Assembly (NCBI GenBank): GCA_029560465.1
Contig: JAKQKX010000069.1
Coordinates: 6,447-70,446, forward strand
Direction: 5' to 3'
Origin: Candidatus Omnitrophota bacterium
GTDB lineage: Bacteria > Omnitrophota > Gorgyraeia > Zapsychrales > JANLHA01
Length of the DNA: 64,000 nucleotides
The position numbers were made by a program, and so were the translations under genes. The notes below the pieces were generated by a model that worked only from the letters and a program-made list of their open reading frames with translations, was not told where the DNA came from and did not search any database. This document shows positions 56,947-64,000 of this stretch, piece after piece; within the stretch, counting starts at the first letter, position 1; every line of letters begins with the position of its first letter.

Positions 56947-59900
56947 ATGCCCCAACACATGCCCCCTCAGCGCTGGAAAACAATCGTAACGGCCGTGCTT
57001 TCTGCGGCCGTGTTTGCGTTAAGCGTTCCCGCTTACGCGGCCGGCCTTTACGCGGATATCATTACGGCCAATGAAAATGCCGAAACCGGTTCAGTATTAG
57101 TGAACAATGAGGATAACACGTTCACTAGGATTACTCCTGATGTGGTGTTGGGCAGGTATCCTAATTATGTCGCTGCCGCTGATTTTAATGAAGATGATAT
57201 CCCGGATCTGGTGGCCGTTAATGGAAGGGGAGAGCATACGTTAGGTTTTCTTACGGGGAAGGGCAATGGCGAGTTTGAGCCGCGCACCATTTATGATGTG
57301 GGGTATGAAGTCGCCAATGGTGTGGCCATGGGGGATTTTAATAAAGATGGTCATCTGGATATTCTGGTGCCAAACTGGAATCCTGGAGGAATGGTGCAGA
57401 TCCTTGCAGGGGATGGGAACGGGAATTTTTCTCTCTCCGGCACCTGGGCTGTCGATGGCTGGGCCAATAATGTCACCGTGGGGGATTATAACAAGGACGG
57501 GAACCTTGATGGCGCGGTGTGCAATTGGACCTCATCGGAGATTACTATCCTCTATGGTGATGGTAACGGCGGCTTTTCATCAGATCAAAAGTTAGCCACT
57601 GAAATACGGCCGCAAAATATCCAAACAAGCGATTTTGATCATGACGGCAATGATGATCTCGTCCTTGCCTGCGCGTTGAACCCGGCGGTAACGGTGTTTT
57701 TGAACAACGGCGATAACACTTTTGCCCGCCAGGAATTGAATCTTAACACGGATTTGGGCGGGTCAGGCATAGTGCGTATCGGAGATTTTAATAATGATAC
57801 TTATCCGGATTTGGTGACGTTCACGAGACTGTCCGGGCAATGGTTTTTGTCGGTTTTTCTGTGGGATGTTGGTAATCAAAAATTTGCTTCTCATTTGAAT
57901 TCTCAAATCGAGAATCTGGTCTATACGCCTAGCGGAATGGCAGCGGCGGATTTTAATGGCGATGGGTTGATGGATGTTGTTTTCGGGAACCTGGAAGATC
58001 AAAAAGTTTCTATTTATTTAGGGAAGGGTAAGGGCACGTTCGACACCGAATCTCCAATCGATGTCGTTGTGGGTGGGACGCCAGTGGGACTAACCGTGCT
58101 TGATTGGGATTACGAGCCGCCGTTTCCTCCTTTAGGGGAAGGGTTGCTTTTGAAGTACACATTCTCCAATGATAACGGCAGTATTGTACTGGATGAAAGC
58201 GGCAACGGGCACAACGCCGCGGTTCTGAACGGCGCGGCTTATACCAGTGAAGGCCGTTTCGGGGGGGCGTATCATTTTGACGGGAGCAATGACGTTATCC
58301 TGGTGAATGATGATTTGGGGTATCAGCCGTCCGGGACGATTTCTTTCTGGATGAAAGCGGACGCGGTGGAAAACTGGCGCAACCCTTTCTCGACGGATTA
58401 CGCCAGCTGGGATGATAATATCCGTTTTGAAGAAAGTGTTGACGGGAAGTTCACCATGGGCGCCTTGGGGTTGAGCACGGTGACCCCGGCCCCGGAGGGC
58501 GTGTATGAAGAAACTTACACGGATTCTCTTCAGGCTAACCGCTGGTACCACGTGGTGTACGCCTGGGATGAAGCGCGTGATTACGGGTATCTGGACGGGC
58601 AACTGGTTTTCACCAGCTTTCATCCGGCCGCGGATGTTAAAGTGCATCCCAACCTTGGCACCGCCGGTTCTTACCGGCCGATAACCTTGGATTTGAACCG
58701 TGTGGCTGTCGGCAACGGGTATTCGCAGGAAGCCAACCGGTATTGGAAGGGTTTTGTGGATGAGGTTTATATTTATAACCGGGTGATTTCCTCCGAGGAG
58801 GTGCTTGCCTTATACAACGGGGTTTCCCGGGGGCGCGTGTACCAGGATTTTGAAGCGGGCAATGGCACTCCAGCCATGTATTGTCAGGGGATTAACGGCG
58901 CAACCGCTGGCGTGTCTACAAACATTGTCCGTTCTGGGAATTCTTCTTGTGAGCAAGTAGGTTCCACTTGGGGAGGGATAACAGTGTATCCCCAGAGCCC
59001 GGCAGGCCACATAGATTTTGACCCGGAGCATAATGACCGGTTGAGTTTCTGGATTTATCCTTTACCGGCGACGGGCCCTAATAACGTTGCGGTGCGGTTT
59101 TTTGATGACGGTTTGTATGACGGGATAAGTCATCCGGGTTTTGAGATTTGGACTACCAAGAAAGTAGATGTCGGTGAATGGTCAGAGTTGACGGTCTTGT
59201 TCTCACAGCTGCCGGATGATTTTAATTTGAATCATGTCGTGAAAATAAATTTCGTCAACTATCACGCCGGAACGTATTATTTTGATGATATGCGGGTTGT
59301 TTTGGGTGATCGCCCTTATCAGGCTTTTGAGCGGAATGTGCTTGATGGCCCGTTGCCGTGGGGATATCCGGGTGGTGCCTGGTTTGGCACTGCGGGATAT
59401 TCTGGTTCGGGAGAACCAGTTTATGAAGGCAACTCTTCCTGGAAACTCATCACCGATCCCGGTAAATCCGGTGAATGGGCGGGAGTGTGGTTGATATCTC
59501 AGGAACGTGCTTGTGATGCTTCTGGCGACCACTGTTATAGACCTGATAATGGGGATGATTACCGTCATGTCAACCTAAACCCGGCACATCTTGTCCTGCC
59601 GCAGTTTGACAAACTGACATTTTGGGTGTATCAGTTGGCTGAGAATGGGATGAGCAATAATGTTAACGTGCAGTTTTTGGATAACGGGGATTATAGGAAT
59701 TCTCCTTTATCAATTTGGACAGAAAAGAGTGCTGAATATGGGCAATGGACCCGTCTGGACATTCCTTTCAGCGCCATACAAGAGAAGAGCCTTTCTGAGG
59801 GGAAGATCTTTAATTTACAGGATTTATATGAAGTTAAGCTTCAGATTTTCTGGCCGGGGACGTATTATTTTGATGACATCCGGGTGACGGCGTTGCCGGA

Positions 59901-62838
59901 GTTGACGATCAATCAGGCTTTGCTTCCCGAAGGGATTGCCTCTTGGAATAAATATCTGGACGGCGCGCAATACACGCTGCAGCAAAGTGACGCCGGGCCA
60001 GAGGGGCCGTGGACAACGATTTATTCCGGCCCGGAAACGAGCGTCGATCTTCAGGAACTGGAGAGTTCCTGGCTGCGGGTGCGCTGGGGTATTCCCAATG
60101 AAATCGACGGAGTTGTTTTGGTGGAATCCGATTGGAGCGACGTGGTTGAGTATTTCGCCAAACCGGCGCTGATCAAATACGCCCGTTTGCAGGAAGGGTA
60201 TGTGGAATGGGCGGCCCAGCCGCTGGCGGTTTCCTACGTGGTGGAAAAAGGAGCCGGCCGTGACGGCGGCTGGACGCAGATTTACAGCGGGCCGCAGACC
60301 ACGTTAACTTTGTCGGGTTCCGACATCGGTAAATGGTACCGCGTACGCGCGGTGGGTGAGGTTGACAGCGGCGCGTGGAGCCCGGCGTTGTTGTATGACC
60401 CGGAGGGTTTTGTGCGGGCGGCGGGGCTTCATCTCCGGGAGCGGAATGGCGCCGGTGATGTGGTGCAGCTTAAAGGGGTTAACCTGGGGAATTACCTGCT
60501 CCTTGAATCCTGGATGCTGGGCAAGGGCCCGGAGTTTGAAAAACATCTGGATGATCCGGAGCCGGGCGGCAAGTATTTTGATGACTGGGCTATTCGTGAA
60601 TATTTAGGCGCCCAAGCCCAGAATGTTTTAGATGTTTATCAGGACGCGTATATTCAGGAAAGCGACTTTGATAATATCCTGCGGATGGGGTTCAACTATA
60701 TTCGCCTGCCGCTTTATTACCGGAATATCTGCGATCTGGATGAGAGCGGTCAATGGACCTGCGGCGGTAATTTTGATTTCAGTAAGATTGATGAAATCGT
60801 GAACTACTGTGCGGACCGTGGGATTTACGTGCTTCTGGATTTGCACGGCGCTCCGGGAAGCCAGAGCGGGGAATTTCATACCGGGCGGGAATCGGTGGAA
60901 CCACCTGGCCCCGGGTATTTCCATCAGTTATTTAATCCGGCGGTGAGCACTTATCGGGACCGGACGGTGGAACTGTGGAATAAGATCGCTGATCATTATA
61001 AAGATAATCCGGCGGTGATCGGCTATGACCTTTTAAACGAGCCGACCGGATTTGAAGATTATGTGGGCGGCCTCGCTTTGCTGCACGCCCTTTATGATGG
61101 TATCTATCAGGAAATCCGTGATACCGTGGGTGACGATCATCATGTTATCGTCATGGAAGGCGCCTGGGATTGGGATTCCCTGCCCAAGCCGGAAGATATG
61201 AGTTGGGAAAACGTGATGTACCAGTTCCACTATTATTGTTGGGAAAATAGAAATGAGGCAACCGGAGAACTCCTGCTTCCTGTCTTGGGTGAGACCTGCC
61301 CTGCGTATAACCCGGAAGAATATTCTGAATTCATTCCTAATCTGACATTTAGTGACGTTATAGACTATCATAAAGCTTTTGTCGACCAAAAGGTGTCGGA
61401 TTCACAGGTTTACCAGGAAGATTATGATGTTCCTGTCCTCGTCGGTGAATTTAACGCCTTTGGCATCAAAGACGCTTGGGAGTATTATTTAAGCCGTTTC
61501 AACGCCGAAGGCTGGAGCTGGTCCTTGTGGTCATATAAGGTGCACAGCTACCCGAATAATTGGGGCTTATACAATCATTTTCTCTATGACGAAACCCTGC
61601 CCAATTTTGACGAGGACAGCCAGGCCGACCTGGAACGGAAGCTTTCCAAGTATGACACGGCTTTGCATCATGTCCCCAACACTTCGTTGATCAATGTCGT
61701 GACGGATAATCTGGGTCGGATTGATTATGACGGGGATGGGCTGTCCGATGCTGTTGACGGCGACGTGACCGGGTATTCCAACAGTTTTAATGATCATGGC
61801 GATCCCGCTACTTACGGCGAGATCCTGAGCCGGGGGGATCAGATCCTGACCATTGTTGACGATCTCGATCCTTTAGCCGGAGTCAGAATTAAGGCCGATG
61901 CCAGCGGCGGCGCTGTTCCCGCGGAAGTGACGGCGTGTTCAGAGGCGGGGAATATCTTCTTGTCTCCCGGTGATGAAGTGGTCGTGACCTGCGGCAGCAT
62001 CGGGGTGGATGTGACGGGCGGGCCTGTTGACATTGAATTGAACGCGATGTCCGGGGATATTGCGACAGCCGTGTTGGAAACCGGGGATAAGATCATCTTT
62101 TATCCGGAAACTTTAACATTCGTTAACAACGGGATGAGGACAATTGTTTTGTCTTTCCGGGGGCGGCAGATTTCAGTAGATGCTGGAACGTCCGGTGTGT
62201 TGAATCATGCCTCTCACGCGCAGCCCGGCCCGGATCAGGTTGTGGAATGCACCGGCCCGCAGGGTTGTGAAGTTGTGCTGGATGGCTCGGGCTCTACGGA
62301 TGAGGACGGAGATCCTTTAACGTATCTCTGGTCTGGTCCGCAGGGGAATATGTCCGGTGTCAGCCAAACCCTTACGCTTTCTCTGGGAGTCCACACGTTC
62401 ACTTTGACAGTGCAGGATCCTCTCGGAGAAACGGATTCGAAAACAGTGCAGGTGACTGTGCAGGACACCACTTTGCCGCAGTTGAGTGTGAGCGTGAACC
62501 CTGCTGTTTTATGGCCGCCAAACCATAAAATGGTCAAGGTAACGCCTGTTGTTGCGGCCACGGATACCTGTGACCCTGCTCCCTTGGTGATGTTAACGTC
62601 CATTACCATGAATGAAGGCGATCAAATCAATACCTATGATCCTAATTATGATGCCGGAGTGTCGGAGGGAAACACGTTGCAGGACATACGGGTTGATGCG
62701 GACGGCCAAATTTATTTGCGGGCCGAACGGCACGGCGCCTCGAATGGCCGGACTTATACGATCCTTTACACCGCGATGGACGCCTCCGGGAACAGTAAGA
62801 GCGCCGCAGCCATTGTGGCTGTGCCCAAGAACCCGTAA
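56947..62838 (+). CDS. Secreted multidomain protein: FG-GAP repeats, LamG, 2 CBM-like, 2 Fn3-like, GH5 glycoside hydrolase, PKD
   Basis: GDFNxDG repeats; YHFDG/WYHVV; duplicated GTYYFDD domains; GVNLG, DLHGAPG, NEP, VGEF; LDGSGSTD. Confidence 0.85.
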   Translation: MPQHMPPQRWKTIVTAVLSAAVFALSVPAYAAGLYADIITANENAETGSVLVNNEDNTFTRITPDVVLGRYPNYVAAADFNEDDIPDLVAVNGRGEHTLGFLTGKGNGEFEPRTIYDVGYEVANGVAMGDFNKDGHLDILVPNWNPGGMVQILAGDGNGNFSLSGTWAVDGWANNVTVGDYNKDGNLDGAVCNWTSSEITILYGDGNGGFSSDQKLATEIRPQNIQTSDFDHDGNDDLVLACALNPAVTVFLNNGDNTFARQELNLNTDLGGSGIVRIGDFNNDTYPDLVTFTRLSGQWFLSVFLWDVGNQKFASHLNSQIENLVYTPSGMAAADFNGDGLMDVVFGNLEDQKVSIYLGKGKGTFDTESPIDVVVGGTPVGLTVLDWDYEPPFPPLGEGLLLKYTFSNDNGSIVLDESGNGHNAAVLNGAAYTSEGRFGGAYHFDGSNDVILVNDDLGYQPSGTISFWMKADAVENWRNPFSTDYASWDDNIRFEESVDGKFTMGALGLSTVTPAPEGVYEETYTDSLQANRWYHVVYAWDEARDYGYLDGQLVFTSFHPAADVKVHPNLGTAGSYRPITLDLNRVAVGNGYSQEANRYWKGFVDEVYIYNRVISSEEVLALYNGVSRGRVYQDFEAGNGTPAMYCQGINGATAGVSTNIVRSGNSSCEQVGSTWGGITVYPQSPAGHIDFDPEHNDRLSFWIYPLPATGPNNVAVRFFDDGLYDGISHPGFEIWTTKKVDVGEWSELTVLFSQLPDDFNLNHVVKINFVNYHAGTYYFDDMRVVLGDRPYQAFERNVLDGPLPWGYPGGAWFGTAGYSGSGEPVYEGNSSWKLITDPGKSGEWAGVWLISQERACDASGDHCYRPDNGDDYRHVNLNPAHLVLPQFDKLTFWVYQLAENGMSNNVNVQFLDNGDYRNSPLSIWTEKSAEYGQWTRLDIPFSAIQEKSLSEGKIFNLQDLYEVKLQIFWPGTYYFDDIRVTALPELTINQALLPEGIASWNKYLDGAQYTLQQSDAGPEGPWTTIYSGPETSVDLQELESSWLRVRWGIPNEIDGVVLVESDWSDVVEYFAKPALIKYARLQEGYVEWAAQPLAVSYVVEKGAGRDGGWTQIYSGPQTTLTLSGSDIGKWYRVRAVGEVDSGAWSPALLYDPEGFVRAAGLHLRERNGAGDVVQLKGVNLGNYLLLESWMLGKGPEFEKHLDDPEPGGKYFDDWAIREYLGAQAQNVLDVYQDAYIQESDFDNILRMGFNYIRLPLYYRNICDLDESGQWTCGGNFDFSKIDEIVNYCADRGIYVLLDLHGAPGSQSGEFHTGRESVEPPGPGYFHQLFNPAVSTYRDRTVELWNKIADHYKDNPAVIGYDLLNEPTGFEDYVGGLALLHALYDGIYQEIRDTVGDDHHVIVMEGAWDWDSLPKPEDMSWENVMYQFHYYCWENRNEATGELLLPVLGETCPAYNPEEYSEFIPNLTFSDVIDYHKAFVDQKVSDSQVYQEDYDVPVLVGEFNAFGIKDAWEYYLSRFNAEGWSWSLWSYKVHSYPNNWGLYNHFLYDETLPNFDEDSQADLERKLSKYDTALHHVPNTSLINVVTDNLGRIDYDGDGLSDAVDGDVTGYSNSFNDHGDPATYGEILSRGDQILTIVDDLDPLAGVRIKADASGGAVPAEVTACSEAGNIFLSPGDEVVVTCGSIGVDVTGGPVDIELNAMSGDIATAVLETGDKIIFYPETLTFVNNGMRTIVLSFRGRQISVDAGTSGVLNHASHAQPGPDQVVECTGPQGCEVVLDGSGSTDEDGDPLTYLWSGPQGNMSGVSQTLTLSLGVHTFTLTVQDPLGETDSKTVQVTVQDTTLPQLSVSVNPAVLWPPNHKMVKVTPVVAATDTCDPAPLVMLTSITMNEGDQINTYDPNYDAGVSEGNTLQDIRVDADGQIYLRAERHGASNGRTYTILYTAMDASGNSKSAAAIVAVPKNP

Positions 62839-62867
62839 CGTTTGCGGATGATAATTCGTTTTTAGGC

Positions 62868-62916
62868 ACGCCGGTTTTGTCCTCAATATCAGGAGGCAAA
62901 GCCGGCGTGTTTTTTT
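62868..62916 (+). terminator. Intrinsic terminator
   Basis: CACGCCGGTTTTG..CAAAGCCGGCGTG followed by T7. Confidence 0.7.
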
Positions 62917-63020
62917 GGGGGAACCCAGGACGTTCATCTCAGCAGATATTTCACATAGGTGTTGCGTCCGGTTGATCCCTTGGAGATAATGATTTTATCA
63001 GGACACCGAGTGAGAAATTT

Positions 63021-63743
63021 ATGTATTCAAAAATTAGATACAAAAACATTGAGGTTAGTTTTCTTTGGCGCCTGAACGGTGGCGGCATTATTTTTGCACA
63101 CGAGTTTGTCCATATTGTCTCTCAAAAAATAGGGAAGGTCGGGCATGTGTTTGAATACTGCGCCGGGCCGGGGTTTATCGGATTCTCCCTGCTGGCGAAT
63201 GGTTTATGCGACAGGTTGACCGTGGCGGACGTGAACCCTTTGGCCGTCGATGTTTTGAAAGACACGGTCAAAAATAATAATCTGCAGGACAGGGTGGCCG
63301 TGTATCACTCTGATTGCCTGGATGCCATTCCCGAAACGGAACGGTGGGACCTGGTCGTGGGCAACCCGCCGTGGATCCTGGATTCTAAAAACACGAAAGA
63401 GATCGCGGTGTGCGACCCCGGGGGCCGGGTGCATAAAAAATTTTTTAAGGATATTAAAGAACACCTTGTTCCCGGGGGATCGATTTTATTTATCGAAAGC
63501 ACTTGGTTCACGAGTGCCGGATCTTTTAAAGAGATGGTCGAGAGCAATGGATTAACGTTCCGGCAGATCCTCGGGCCGGTGTCTTACCCGGGTATTTTTA
63601 AAAACTGGGCGGAGTACAAAGGGCTTAAAACCCCGTTGATTATTTTCCTGCGTCTTTGTTTGGCTTTCCGGGACGCTTATTTTCTTTGGATTATGAGTCA
63701 AGACGATCTTCCTGTTCCTCCTTCCGGCCCTGGCCTGCTTTAG
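63021..63743 (+). CDS. Class I SAM-dependent methyltransferase
   Basis: EYCAGPGFIG, DVN, GNPPW. Confidence 0.85.
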   Translation: MYSKIRYKNIEVSFLWRLNGGGIIFAHEFVHIVSQKIGKVGHVFEYCAGPGFIGFSLLANGLCDRLTVADVNPLAVDVLKDTVKNNNLQDRVAVYHSDCLDAIPETERWDLVVGNPPWILDSKNTKEIAVCDPGGRVHKKFFKDIKEHLVPGGSILFIESTWFTSAGSFKEMVESNGLTFRQILGPVSYPGIFKNWAEYKGLKTPLIIFLRLCLAFRDAYFLWIMSQDDLPVPPSGPGLL

Positions 63744-63801
63744 CCGGGGCCTTCAAAAAAGCCTTTCTGTCCACACATAAGTGTGGTATAATTTTCCCTG
63801 T

Positions 63802-64000
63802 ATGCATGTATTAGACAAGTTATCTGCTCTGGCAAACAGCGCAAAATACGATGTCAGTTGCGCGTCCAGCGGTTCAACCCGGCAAGGAGGCGCCTTGGGC
63901 CGGGCGACTCTGGGAGGAATCTGCCACAGCTGGTCAGCGGATGGCCGGTGCATTTCTTTGTTAAAGGTCCTGTTCTCGAACATCTGCGTTTATGATTGCG
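63802..64000 (+). CDS. Putative DNA modification/repair radical SAM protein (runs off window)
   Basis: MHVLDKLSALANSAKYDVSCASSG..GICHSW..DGRCISLLKVLFSNICVYDC; missed by ORF track. Confidence 0.85.
   Translation, partial: MHVLDKLSALANSAKYDVSCASSGSTRQGGALGRATLGGICHSWSADGRCISLLKVLFSNICVYDC

Noticed and set aside
63753-63983. Minus-strand 76-aa ORF
   Set aside because: Shadow of the + strand radical SAM gene starting at 63802

Overview
The left 36.7 kb is the right-hand part of an integrative conjugative element (ICE). It carries a MADS-like defence operon (methyltransferase, HsdS, NERD-kinase, MAD7, HerA-like MAD8), a hairpin-rich region of small genes, a MOBC-type relaxase with a compact VirB/VirD4 T4SS, Xis and a tyrosine integrase. 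It also carries an HTH-DUF6941-DUF3800-partner operon with a convergent structured sRNA, an IS3 element and an AbiE pair, and ends at a tRNA-Met(CAT) 3' fragment (att). Positions 36.7-48.9 kb hold three further, decayed tandem islands at the same tRNA-Met site. Their cargo is MazG/DUF2075/HNH, pRiA4b-ORF3, an AAA-DUF4143 ATPase, Fic, an ankyrin lipoprotein and a HipBST-like module. From about 49 kb the DNA looks chromosomal: a MerR regulator, CIRCE and a small heat-shock cluster, XRE-cupin, a degenerate PAS-GGDEF, pta-ackA-ackA', a 1963-aa FG-GAP/LamG/GH5 protein, a methyltransferase and the start of a radical SAM gene. The best novelty candidates are the DUF3800 operon with its antisense RNA, the long-hairpin and terminator-gated region before the relaxase, the repeated GAACC/GGTTC cassette-boundary modules, and the MADS variant with an NPWF methyltransferase. 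All family calls come from reading motifs by eye; no searches were run.
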